A DNA stretch of 64,000 bases from Candidatus Thorarchaeota archaeon (GTDB lineage Archaea > Asgardarchaeota > Thorarchaeia > Thorarchaeales > Thorarchaeaceae): assembly GCA_046482545.1 (NCBI GenBank), contig JAWOEX010000032.1:128001-192000 (forward strand), read 5' to 3'. Positions 1 through 9,405 of this stretch are shown in pieces. Positions within the stretch are counted from its first letter, which is position 1. The number at the start of each line of letters is the position of its first letter. The notes beneath the pieces are model-generated. The model saw only the letters and a program-made list of their open reading frames with translations. It searched no databases and was not told the DNA's origin. Made by a program: the position numbers and the translations under genes.

Positions 1-47
1 GCTTAGATGAACCAAAAATTTCCTTGAATAAGTAAGGCTCGCAGAAT

Positions 48-98
48 AAAAAAAGTGAGATATTGGTGGCAGTCCACAAGGAGCCACCAGCTATCCTC
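48..98 (-). terminator. Putative hairpin + oligo-U terminator downstream of gabT
   Basis: TGGTGGC/GCCACCA stem (64-89) with flanking extension. The A7 run at 48-54 reads as U7 on the minus strand just after the stem. Confidence 0.5.
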
Positions 99-116
99 TA
101 TGACTTGCTATTGCTG

Positions 117-1472
117 CTACCTCTCCTTAGCCACTTCTTCTAGTGACTCCTCTACTATATTGAAACCCTTAGTTAGCAATTCTTCACGGATATTCAACGC
201 AGGTAGAAAACGTAACACGTTCTTGTGACTTCCTGCACTGATAACCATGGCACCTTTCTTGTGACATGTTTGAATCACATTGTCTCGTATTTCCTTGGAC
301 GGTTCTTTTGTTTCTCTGTCCTCAACGAATTCAATTGCACGCATCATTCCGAGTCCTCGCACATCACCGATGAATGAAAATTGTTCATACCATTCATCCA
401 TTCTCTTTCGCATCAGTTCTCCCATTTCTTGTGCGTGACTAAGGTTCTCTTCAATGATATCTATGGTTTCTAGACCGGCGACACAACTCACCGGGTTTCC
501 GCCAAATGTAGTCCCCAGAGCGCCAGCGTGCAACGAATCAGCAATTTCGTCCTTCATAATAACCGCAGAAAGCGGCAAACCGCCGCCTAGTGACTTTGCA
601 ACCGTAATTATGTCTGGTACAACGTCATGATGCTCCATTCCAAACATCTTTCCGGTTCTGCCTAGACCGGCCTGGATTTCATCATCGATAAACAGGAAGC
701 CATACTCATCGCATATTCGTTTAAGCCCCTGAACAAATTCAGTCGGCGGCACGATGAAGCCACCTTCCCCCTGTACGGGTTCGAGAATCATCGCTGCGAT
801 TTCGTCAGGATCTTCGTGCAGACCTAGGTTGTGTTCCAGATAATCTAGGCATTTCAAGCCGCATTCGGGGTATTCTTCATCGCCAAATGGACAACGGTAG
901 CAATAGGCGGTCGGCACTCTATAGATATTCCAGCTGTTCCTACCCAGTCCTTTCCTGTATGGATTGACACTACCTGTTAGACCAACTGCCATTCGGGTTC
1001 GTCCATGAAAAGCGTATTCGAAAGCAATCAACCGTGCTCTCTGGGTGTACCATATTGCGATCTTCACAGCATTCTCGACGGCTTCAGCTCCGCTGTTGGC
1101 AAGAAAGACCTTCTTGTGGAAATCTCCTGGGGCTATCTCTGCTAGCTTCTCCGCCATGTCTACATATGGGGCATAGCGATTCGTATGCCAGCAGACATGC
1201 ATGTATTTATCCAGCTGCTTTTGGATTTCCTTCATCACACGTGGATGCCGATGGCCAGTGTTAAGCGATGAAATACCTGTAGCGAGGTCTACATACTTGT
1301 TACCATCAACATCCGTCAGTACTGCTCCTTCCCCCTTGGCGATAAAAATGGGAGTTAGGGAGTACAGGGCTTCAGGAACATATTTGTTCGATTTTTCAAG
1401 CAGGTTGGAGGATTTCTTACCGGGTACATCTGAAACTATTTTCGGGGCATCTTCTTCAGACAAAAGGAACAC
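117..1472 (-). CDS. gabT: Class III PLP aminotransferase, 4-aminobutyrate aminotransferase-like
   Basis: Motifs NSGAEAVENAVKIA, AFHGRT, EPVQGEGGF, DEIQAGLGRTG, AKSLGGG (PLP Lys) and TFGGNP. Confidence 0.85.
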   Translation of the reverse strand: MFLLSEEDAPKIVSDVPGKKSSNLLEKSNKYVPEALYSLTPIFIAKGEGAVLTDVDGNKYVDLATGISSLNTGHRHPRVMKEIQKQLDKYMHVCWHTNRYAPYVDMAEKLAEIAPGDFHKKVFLANSGAEAVENAVKIAIWYTQRARLIAFEYAFHGRTRMAVGLTGSVNPYRKGLGRNSWNIYRVPTAYCYRCPFGDEEYPECGLKCLDYLEHNLGLHEDPDEIAAMILEPVQGEGGFIVPPTEFVQGLKRICDEYGFLFIDDEIQAGLGRTGKMFGMEHHDVVPDIITVAKSLGGGLPLSAVIMKDEIADSLHAGALGTTFGGNPVSCVAGLETIDIIEENLSHAQEMGELMRKRMDEWYEQFSFIGDVRGLGMMRAIEFVEDRETKEPSKEIRDNVIQTCHKKGAMVISAGSHKNVLRFLPALNIREELLTKGFNIVEESLEEVAKER

Positions 1473-1691
1473 CTTACAACCTACATATTATTGGGTGGGA
1501 ATTAAGGCTCTCGGTTGAGGAGCTTTTCGGGTTTCAGGTAATAATCTTCACTTTCTCTTTAGGTGCTTTAACCATCAGATTGTGGGTACCAAACCTGTAA
1601 ATGTGCGGCTTGAGTCGATGCCTATTTATTGCGGCCCTTCCTTCTCCTGTCATACTATCGACAAATCCGTGGCGATGGAGACTCTGAACAG

Positions 1692-3209
1692 ATGACTGAA
1701 TACAACAAAATAACTGATGCCGAGGTTAAGAAGCTGGAATCCATATGCGGCGAGGAGTACGTTACCGATAGCGAACCTTTACGTTATAGCTACATGGCTA
1801 AGGGAATCATGGGCTTAGAGGCAGAACTGCCCGAAGTGATTGTTCGGCCAGCCAATGTCGAAGAAGTTGCTGGGGTTCTGCAAGTAGCCAATGATAACCT
1901 GAGTCCGGTAACTCCCGCAGCAGGAGGTTTGAGCGGTGGTTTCGCACTTCCCGCAATAGAACCTGGTGGAATATTGATGGACCTGGCTCGCATGAACCGT
2001 CTGGAAGTAGACACAGAAAACCGGGTGATGGTTGTCGAACCAGGCGTCAAATGTGGTGATGCATGGCGGATCTTCAAGAAGAAATGGCCCGAATGGGCAC
2101 CACCTATTCCGGATGGAGCTCCACCTGGAGCAACTATCCTAGGTGATGCAATTGAACGTGGTTTCTCTCTTGTAACTGCAAGATATGGTCCACAAGCAGA
2201 CATGATTATGGGTCTTGAAGTTGTGCTACCTGATGGTCAGATTTTCCGTACTGGATCTTGGGCGCTTGATGGCGCAAAGGCATATTACAGGTGGGGCATT
2301 GGCCCGAATCCTGATGGCCTATTTCTCGGTTCTCAAGGTTCAATGGGTATAGTGACAAAAGCTGCAGTGAAGATAGTTCCTCATCCTCATCATAAGACCA
2401 TTGTCGCTTATGGTGGAGACAGCTGGGATCACATTGTTGAGCCCGTATGGGAGATAGCCAAACACGAGATGGGCATCTCGGACAATACCGTTATGGTTCA
2501 GGGAGGTAACTGGCCTCTGGTCATGACGAGATGGCCAAAGGGGAACATTCCGGACAATTACAAATTCTATGATAAGATAGGAATTGACGAGTACTGGATG
2601 AACACTGAAATTTGGGCTCATTCCGAGGAAGAGCTCAACTTCACCTTGGAGCGAATTGATGAAATCTACAAGGATTATGAGCTTAGAGAAAACACCAAAT
2701 GTCCGAAGCAGGACCTACATCCAAAGCAAATTGCCTCACGATTGAAGAAACCGAATCTGATAGCCGTTCCTTACGGTCTGTATCAGGCGGGATTCCTGTT
2801 TATCACTTGGTATGTCCCGTGGCTGGAAGCACCTCGGATGATGGAGCAGTACTGTGCAAAGATGGAGGAATACGGCTTCCCGCCAACTATGTGGGTAGCT
2901 TCAATTGATCACGCTAGGCAGGCAATTGTCATGCCTATTCTATGCTTTGACAGCACTGAGGAAGGCATCTACGATAAAATACGGCAATTCAATCTTGAGA
3001 CGACCAAGAGCTTTCTGAAACAGGGGTGGATCAACTACAGACCCGACCCATTTGTTCATGCCCCTGAGACTTTCAGTAAAGCCAAGGATTACTACAAGAT
3101 GCTGGTGAAGTTCCGCAAGGTTCTTGATCCAAACATGATTTTACACCCGGGTCGATTGGCAATCCCATGGGGAACTGTAACTGACTTGCCAAACCCTTTG
3201 GAGGAATGA
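1692..3209 (+). CDS. FAD-binding oxidoreductase (VAO/PCMH/GlcD superfamily)
   Basis: PEVIVRP, GLEVVLPDG, GLFLGSQGSMGIVTK and C-terminal DPNMILHPG. ATG 1692 preferred over TTG 1629. Confidence 0.85.
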   Translation: MTEYNKITDAEVKKLESICGEEYVTDSEPLRYSYMAKGIMGLEAELPEVIVRPANVEEVAGVLQVANDNLSPVTPAAGGLSGGFALPAIEPGGILMDLARMNRLEVDTENRVMVVEPGVKCGDAWRIFKKKWPEWAPPIPDGAPPGATILGDAIERGFSLVTARYGPQADMIMGLEVVLPDGQIFRTGSWALDGAKAYYRWGIGPNPDGLFLGSQGSMGIVTKAAVKIVPHPHHKTIVAYGGDSWDHIVEPVWEIAKHEMGISDNTVMVQGGNWPLVMTRWPKGNIPDNYKFYDKIGIDEYWMNTEIWAHSEEELNFTLERIDEIYKDYELRENTKCPKQDLHPKQIASRLKKPNLIAVPYGLYQAGFLFITWYVPWLEAPRMMEQYCAKMEEYGFPPTMWVASIDHARQAIVMPILCFDSTEEGIYDKIRQFNLETTKSFLKQGWINYRPDPFVHAPETFSKAKDYYKMLVKFRKVLDPNMILHPGRLAIPWGTVTDLPNPLEE

Positions 3210-3265
3210 AATCATGACGGAACATAAGTTTCAAAAAGTAACTAGAGAAAGGAGAACGAATATCC

Positions 3266-4573
3266 ATGACTAGCCTAGAGGAACTACGCGGTATCAATGC
3301 GAGATGCATTCACTGTCGTGCCTGTCAGTATGCTTACGCAGATGAGCCTGATAGAGAAGGCGAAACAGAAGAATACACGGGAATGATGCTATCATGTCCT
3401 GGCGGAAACTTGTATGGCTGGGAAGGCTACTACAACAGTGGTAAAATGTGGATGGCCCGCGCTTATCTCGAAGGCGACTTGGAGCCTAGCCAAGAGATGC
3501 TGGAGGTCATGGAAGCTTGCACTACCTGTGGTCTTTGTGGAGAACAGTGTGAGAACTACATCGACACAGTGGACATCATTGAGGAGCTTAGAGCTGCGAT
3601 TATCGAGGATGGTGTTGAACCGCTTAAGAGGCACAAAGTAATCAATGACAGAGTGCTTGAAGAAGATAAAAGAAATCCTTACAACGAAGCCAGAGATGAG
3701 CGCATCGCGTGGTATGATGGTGAAGTAGATCTCAAAGATGCCAGCGTTGCATATTATGTTGGCTGTACTGGCGCCTACAGGCAGCAAGATATCGCCAAGC
3801 ATACTGCAAATATCTTGAAGAAACTTGATGTCGATTTTACAGTCCTCTCTGATGAGGTTTGTTGCGGTTCGCCTATTTTGCGTACAGGCCAGAAAGACAC
3901 CTTCAAGAAGGTCATGAACGAGAACCTAGGGATGTTCAAGGATTTCGATCTTGTGGTCTTCTCGTGTGCAGGTTGTTATCGGACTTTTCGTGTAGACTAT
4001 CCCAAGCAAAGCGGAGAACCCCTGCCTTTCAAGGTTGCACATACCCTTGACATCGTACATGATATGATTCAGGATGGGGAGCTAGAAATTGAAACTCCGT
4101 ATAATAAGAAAGTCACTTGGCATGACCCCTGCCACACTATACGGCATATCGGCTTGGACATAGAAAAACGGATCCTCGATGAATCTGATAATTGGCTCAT
4201 AGACAGCAGGAAAGCGGCGAAAGCCAAAGAGGCTTGGTACGAGCGACCAAGAGAGGTTATTCGTGCTATTCCGGGGGTCGATTTCAGAGAGATGTACAGG
4301 ATTAAGGGTGACAGCTTCTGCTGCGGTGCTGGAGGCGGGGTGAAGACACAGTTCCCCGATATGGCACTTGCTACAGCCAAGGAACGCGTCAAAGAGGCAG
4401 CTTCGACCGGCGCTGAGGTATTAATGACATCATGCCCCTTTTGTATAACAAATTTTCAGGACGCGATCGCCGCCCTGAAAGAAGAAGAGGAAGAGACCGG
4501 AAAAGATCTGTCAGCTATTGGGTCAAAACTGGAAGTTGTAGAACTACTAGAACTGATGGATCGACTCATCTGA
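3266..4573 (+). CDS. Fe-S protein with two [4Fe-4S] motifs and two CCG domains (GlcF/HdrD-like)
   Basis: CIHCRAC, CTTCGLCGEQC, YYVGC...CCG...CAGC and WHDPC...CCGAGGG...SCPFC. Co-oriented behind the FAD oxidoreductase. Confidence 0.88.
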   Translation: MTSLEELRGINARCIHCRACQYAYADEPDREGETEEYTGMMLSCPGGNLYGWEGYYNSGKMWMARAYLEGDLEPSQEMLEVMEACTTCGLCGEQCENYIDTVDIIEELRAAIIEDGVEPLKRHKVINDRVLEEDKRNPYNEARDERIAWYDGEVDLKDASVAYYVGCTGAYRQQDIAKHTANILKKLDVDFTVLSDEVCCGSPILRTGQKDTFKKVMNENLGMFKDFDLVVFSCAGCYRTFRVDYPKQSGEPLPFKVAHTLDIVHDMIQDGELEIETPYNKKVTWHDPCHTIRHIGLDIEKRILDESDNWLIDSRKAAKAKEAWYERPREVIRAIPGVDFREMYRIKGDSFCCGAGGGVKTQFPDMALATAKERVKEAASTGAEVLMTSCPFCITNFQDAIAALKEEEEETGKDLSAIGSKLEVVELLELMDRLI

Positions 4574-4582
4574 AATAACAAG

Positions 4583-4633
4583 AAAAAAAAAGTAAGCGTT
4601 CGTACCGTAGCTCTACGCTACTGGTATGAACGC
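4583..4633 (-). terminator. Long hairpin + oligo-U between convergent genes
   Basis: GCGTTCGTACC-GTAGC/GCTAC-T-GGTATGAACGC stem (4596-4633). The A9 run at 4583-4591 is U9 on the minus strand. Confidence 0.6.
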
Positions 4634-4642
4634 GCATATTAT

Positions 4643-4981
4643 CTACAATAGCATCAAGATAGCGCCGATAATGACGAGAATTCCGGGCAAACCAGCTCCG
4701 AAAACGTAGAGAAGGATTCCCAGGATTATCATGATTATCCAGTTTTGCCCCATCTTCAGCATGGGGATATTTACTACTCCACTTGTCGCCAATATGACAA
4801 GAGAGATTATAATAACTATGATTCCTATTATTACCGAGCCAAGAATACTTCCTAGACCTAGACCTAAACCAGGAAGTATGCCAAATCCCCAACCCAGGAC
4901 ATCCAGAATTCCGTATAATAGCCCAAGGAGGCCTCCAAGGATAGCCAGAATTTCGCCAAGTCTATTAGTTTGTTTTGTCAT
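4643..4981 (-). CDS. Small Gly/Leu/Ile-rich multi-pass membrane protein, function unknown
   Basis: Almost entirely hydrophobic with about 4 TM segments and many GxxxG motifs. ATG 4981 preferred. Confidence 0.7.
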   Translation of the reverse strand: MTKQTNRLGEILAILGGLLGLLYGILDVLGWGFGILPGLGLGLGSILGSVIIGIIVIIISLVILATSGVVNIPMLKMGQNWIIMIILGILLYVFGAGLPGILVIIGAILMLL

Positions 4982-5083
4982 GTTGTTTCTCTCCAATTAA
5001 TTAATTATTAATTGTAATCCGTAATAAAAATCATTCCACTCTAACAGGTGAAGACTTCGACATTTGCCGGTTCCAACTCAAAG

Positions 5084-5713
5084 TCAGTTACTCTTTTCAA
5101 ATTCTGACAATGCGCCAGATATGTGTAGCCAGTTTACCCCCCAAATCCACAGTATGGCAGATAGTGCCGTCACGATTTCGGGTATAGCCACTCCATCCCA
5201 CGTTTGAGTCCACAAATATACGGAGAGGAATGGCAATAGAAGCGAAATAATAGCAAAGACCCTTGTCGGAGGGAAGCGTAACCAGCCAATTCCGACCGCC
5301 CACATTGCAAACGGGAAGGTAAGGAAGAATCCGACAGAGACAATAAAATGAGTTGGACTAAAATTCTCAGAGAACACACCAATTGCGGTCAAGAAGATAC
5401 ACGAAACAGAGAATATGGCCAGAGCGATTTTCGTTGCCGGTTCTGCTATCTGTTGTAACAAATGTGTTGTGAAGTACAGCATGAGCAAGCCAGTTACTGC
5501 GAGGCCAACATTGAAAATGATAGCCACTTGGAATTGCGATGGCCCAAGGTCAGTTCTAGTATAGTGTCCTAGATCGCTCAATGCATTGCCCATCCATGTG
5601 AATTCCGGAGATAGCAGGATAGCCAAGCCAATACAAGATAGGGAGATGATAGGTGCTACGAATCCTATCTTGTTTGGTACATCTGCATTTCTTATCTGGT
5701 TGACTAGCGACAT
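5084..5713 (-). CDS. DUF998-like membrane protein
   Basis: FTWMGNALSDLG, IFNVGLAVTG and GVFSE...H motifs, with about 6 TM segments. Confidence 0.7.
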   Translation of the reverse strand: MSLVNQIRNADVPNKIGFVAPIISLSCIGLAILLSPEFTWMGNALSDLGHYTRTDLGPSQFQVAIIFNVGLAVTGLLMLYFTTHLLQQIAEPATKIALAIFSVSCIFLTAIGVFSENFSPTHFIVSVGFFLTFPFAMWAVGIGWLRFPPTRVFAIISLLLPFLSVYLWTQTWDGVAIPEIVTALSAILWIWGVNWLHISGALSEFEKSN

Positions 5714-5892
5714 GTCAGCTGTTTACTACATCCGGGTATATAGAGTTTCTACGCGGGTCATCCACATAACTGGACGGCTAGGAGGACACCTCCGGATGCA
5801 AATTGGGATAGTTGAAATCGAAATTAGAGTCAGAGATAAAAGGCGTGCTTCGTAATCTGAAAAGGTATCCATTGATATACTAATTGGGTGAA

Positions 5893-6810
5893 ATGATGAC
5901 AGAACCTGAGATTGAAGATAAGAGACTGACACTGGAAGAAGCTGCTCAGAAGGTTCCCAACGGTTCGGATATGTTTTGGGGGGGTTTTGGTTATCAACGC
6001 CCACCTATTGCTTTTGCGTACGAGCTAGTGCGGCAACAGAAACGCAACATCACAATCCATACATGCGGTTCAGAGGTTGACCTAGAGGTCATGGCTGGTG
6101 CCGGTGTGGCGAACAGATTCGAAATCGCATTCGAGGCGATTGAGGCTCTTGGATTGGGGTACAATATGCGAAGGCGAGTGGCCGAGGGTGCAGTAGAGGT
6201 TGAGGATTACAGTAATCTGGCCATGGCATTACGTTTCTATGGTGGTGCACTCAACGTTCCTTTCATGCCCATCCGGAGTCTCATGGGAACAGACATGGCA
6301 CGTCTCTCTCGCTATCGCGGCGATAAGAAGCTGGCAGTTATTGATTGTCCGTTCACAGGCGAGAAGATTTGCCTTGTTCCTTCTTTACAGCCTGATTTCA
6401 GTATCGTCCACGTTCAACGAGTGGATCGGACTGGTAACGCACAAATTGACGGTATTGTGGGAGAGGATATAGAAGGTTCCAGATGTGGTAAGAAGTTGAT
6501 TGTTCTAGCTGAAGAACTGATAGATGAGTCCGAGGTTAGGGCGACCCCAGATCGGACGAGCATTCCAGCGATGTATGTTGATTACATAGTGATTCTTCCA
6601 TTTGCTGCCCATCCTATGCAATGTCATAATTACTACGATTATGATTTATCGTTCCTGCAGATGTTCCATACGATGAGCAAGACTGAAGAAGGATGGCAGG
6701 ACTACCTAGAGAAATACATACTGGGTGTGGATAATCACATGGAGTATCTGAATCTTGTCGGCTGGGACAGCCTGATGGATCTCAAAGCAAAGAAACCTTG
6801 GGGGTATTAG
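5893..6810 (+). CDS. Family I CoA-transferase, subunit A (glutaconate CoA-transferase alpha-like)
   Basis: GGFGYQRPPIAF, GALNVPFMP, CPFTGE, HVQRVDRTGNAQ and AHPMQCHNYYDYD. Confidence 0.85.
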   Translation: MMTEPEIEDKRLTLEEAAQKVPNGSDMFWGGFGYQRPPIAFAYELVRQQKRNITIHTCGSEVDLEVMAGAGVANRFEIAFEAIEALGLGYNMRRRVAEGAVEVEDYSNLAMALRFYGGALNVPFMPIRSLMGTDMARLSRYRGDKKLAVIDCPFTGEKICLVPSLQPDFSIVHVQRVDRTGNAQIDGIVGEDIEGSRCGKKLIVLAEELIDESEVRATPDRTSIPAMYVDYIVILPFAAHPMQCHNYYDYDLSFLQMFHTMSKTEEGWQDYLEKYILGVDNHMEYLNLVGWDSLMDLKAKKPWGY

Positions 6811-6811
6811 A

Positions 6812-7585
6812 ATGGTAGAATATAGCAAAATAGAGTTTCTAACAGCATGTGCTTCGCGTCACGTTCGAGATGGAGAATTCGTTTTTGGTGGTACTGGATT
6901 ACCACTTCTTGCTGCCCTTTTGGCAAAAGAGACGCATGCCCCTGATTCCAAGCTCATATCTGAAGCTGGTTTCATTGATGCGAGACCGCGAAATGTCCCC
7001 CTCTCAGTTGCTGATTCTCGGTATCACTACGGAAGCTCTGCATCGATTGGTCTCATTGAGACTCTCGGTTTTATTCTACAGGCTGGAAAAGTCGATGTCG
7101 GTTTTCTGGGTGCTGCCCAGATAGATGAATATGGAAATCTGAATACGAGCTACATTGGTGATTACGATAAGCCCAAGGTGAAGTTGCCGGGTAGTGGAGG
7201 AGGGAATGACATTGCTTCTTCAGCGAAGCGGCTGATAATCATGATGACCCATGACAAACGCAAATTTGTCAAAAAACTGGATTATATGACGAGTCCTGGC
7301 CATCTCCAGGGTCCAGGCTCACGGGAGAAATGGTCATTGGTGGGCGGAGGTCCCGAGGTCGTTATTACTGACATGTGCCAGATGGATTTCGACCCTGATA
7401 GTCTGAAAATCCGTTTGAAATCCGTTCATCCTGGGTACGAGATAGAGGATGTTCTTGAGAATGTGATGTTCGACTTGATAGTGCCTGATGATGTTCCCGT
7501 GACCCAAGAACCTACTCAGGAGCAGATAGATATCATGCATCGCCTTGACCCTAATGGTATCTACTTAGGTAAAGGTGCACGCTGA
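6812..7585 (+). CDS. Family I CoA-transferase, subunit B (GctB-like)
   Basis: GTGLP, ISEAG (catalytic Glu position), GFLGAAQIDEYGNLNT and LPGSGGGND. Starts 1 nt after subunit A. Confidence 0.88.
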   Translation: MVEYSKIEFLTACASRHVRDGEFVFGGTGLPLLAALLAKETHAPDSKLISEAGFIDARPRNVPLSVADSRYHYGSSASIGLIETLGFILQAGKVDVGFLGAAQIDEYGNLNTSYIGDYDKPKVKLPGSGGGNDIASSAKRLIIMMTHDKRKFVKKLDYMTSPGHLQGPGSREKWSLVGGGPEVVITDMCQMDFDPDSLKIRLKSVHPGYEIEDVLENVMFDLIVPDDVPVTQEPTQEQIDIMHRLDPNGIYLGKGAR

Positions 7586-7596
7586 TACAATCACAT

Positions 7597-8352
7597 TTGG
7601 AGATTGATCTGTGGTTGCCAGATTTCACACTTGGACAATTCAATGTTGTGTTGTTTGACCTCGACTCTACCATCCTAGATACTGGGAACTACGCATCTCG
7701 CGCAAGCGAGTGGATATTGTGCCAGTCTACCGAACACTGGTCTTCCATTCTTGAGGATTTCATGATGACACTTGTCACGATGTATCATCACGAGATTGCG
7801 GAAATAGCACAGGGCGGACAATTCAAACGTCCCAGCGAGTGTGTAAGAAGTGCTCTAATTTCTGCACTTGCGAAATTTGATATTGAACCCGTTGATCAAA
7901 TTCTTAGAGAAGGTATTGATATGTTCAGAAGGCTCCACATCGAGTATGCCCGCCCTACAGACGGTCTTGTAGACGTACTAGAGTGTCTGCAGAATAACGG
8001 CACAAAGATGGCCGTCATCACAAATACGTTTCAAGGAAATGCAAGAGCCATTCTCAAGAACCTGGACATAGAACACTACTTCTCTGTCATTGCTGATAGC
8101 AGTGATTACAATGCCTTCAAACCTATGCCTGAACCATTTGAATTTGCGATGATGAAGCTCGACGTAACCAAAGAGAATGCTCTTTATGTAGGGGACGAAT
8201 TCTACGCAGATGTTGTCGGGGCAGCTCGAGCTGGGCTTTCCGTTGTTTGGATAAATAACCGGGAAGATTCGTTGAAGGAAAATCTAGAGAAGTATGGTGT
8301 TCGACCAACATTTATTATCAACTCTTTTAGCGAGCTTAAGGAATTAATCTAG
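7597..8352 (+). CDS. HAD-superfamily hydrolase
   Basis: Motif I FDLDSTI, motif II ITN, KP and motif IV VGDEFYADVVGA. Confidence 0.82.
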   Translation: MEIDLWLPDFTLGQFNVVLFDLDSTILDTGNYASRASEWILCQSTEHWSSILEDFMMTLVTMYHHEIAEIAQGGQFKRPSECVRSALISALAKFDIEPVDQILREGIDMFRRLHIEYARPTDGLVDVLECLQNNGTKMAVITNTFQGNARAILKNLDIEHYFSVIADSSDYNAFKPMPEPFEFAMMKLDVTKENALYVGDEFYADVVGAARAGLSVVWINNREDSLKENLEKYGVRPTFIINSFSELKELI

Positions 8353-8467
8353 TAGAATGATTTCTGAATCTGTCCATCTAAATATCCCAATCCTTATTGC
8401 TAAACGAACGAACAAACAATAAATAGTAACCCACTTAACACTACATGGCTAACAAAACAGTAAGGGA

Positions 8468-8926
8468 GTGGTTGTGCTGACCAAGGAAAACGGATTTAGT
8501 GGTCCCATGAAGGCCCGGGCTGATCTAGTAGAGATGCTAATGTGCGACCCTGAAGTCACTGAAGCATTGGTGACTATAATCAAGAGCGAATTGAAAGAGA
8601 TGCAGGAAAGCGATGCCGTTTCTCAAATATCAGGTGCCTTGCATGATGCAGCAACGAGAACAGAAATTGAGAATACCAACCAAAAGAATATCCTCTACTG
8701 GCTCACTCAAACGGGATCGGATGTGAGACAGATGATTTTGGTCCAGACAATCAAATCATTGCTTGAGTATCCGGAGTGTCGGCAACCCACACTCGATGCT
8801 TTGGAGAAGATATCCTCCCGTGAAAATGTGAGTATGGTTATGGAGTGGGTAAACCGGAATATACTGACTCTGGAACAGGCCGTCTATGTGCTTCTATATC
8901 CAGAGGCTTCCTCTGCTCTGCAGTAG
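8468..8926 (+). CDS. Hypothetical helical protein
   Basis: 152-aa ORF with normal composition and a GGAG site upstream. No family recognised. Confidence 0.65.
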   Translation: MVVLTKENGFSGPMKARADLVEMLMCDPEVTEALVTIIKSELKEMQESDAVSQISGALHDAATRTEIENTNQKNILYWLTQTGSDVRQMILVQTIKSLLEYPECRQPTLDALEKISSRENVSMVMEWVNRNILTLEQAVYVLLYPEASSALQ

Positions 8927-8930
8927 GCTA

Positions 8931-9203
8931 TCAGGCGCTCACATCTGGTAGAAACTTTTTGACATGCTTCTCCCAATCTGGTTCAATCTCTAACGCCTTT
9001 TTTGCGCACTCGATTGCTTGTTTCTCTTGTCCAAGCTTGTGATGCAATTTGGCTTTGTAGTACCATGCCTTAGCGAACTCCGGGTCCATCTTGATGGCGT
9101 TTTGATATGCTTCAAGAGCTTCCTCCTCCTCCCCTTTGTTCTCTAGAACCTTTGCCTTGCCAAACCAGTCGTATTCAGTAAAATCTTCCTTCCTAGCAGC
9201 CAT
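8931..9203 (-). CDS. Small TPR-repeat protein
   Basis: W-x-x-K-A...EEALEAYQNAIKMDPEFAKAWYYKA...AIECAKKALEIEP: two TPR motifs. Confidence 0.85.
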   Translation of the reverse strand: MAARKEDFTEYDWFGKAKVLENKGEEEEALEAYQNAIKMDPEFAKAWYYKAKLHHKLGQEKQAIECAKKALEIEPDWEKHVKKFLPDVSA

Positions 9204-9405
9204 GGGTGTTCACTCTGTTTATTACGAATTGAACCTTAATAACTGTGAAGGCAAATGAGATTATCAATTGATTTACCAAAAAGAGTCCTAAAAGCCATAA
9301 TTATCTTTTATGAGAATCTCGGGTGTTAGATAGAAACACGCGGGTTGAGATAGCCTCAAGTAGCGTTTCTTCGAGGTAGAAGTGTCTTCTCGCGTTTGAT
9401 AAACC

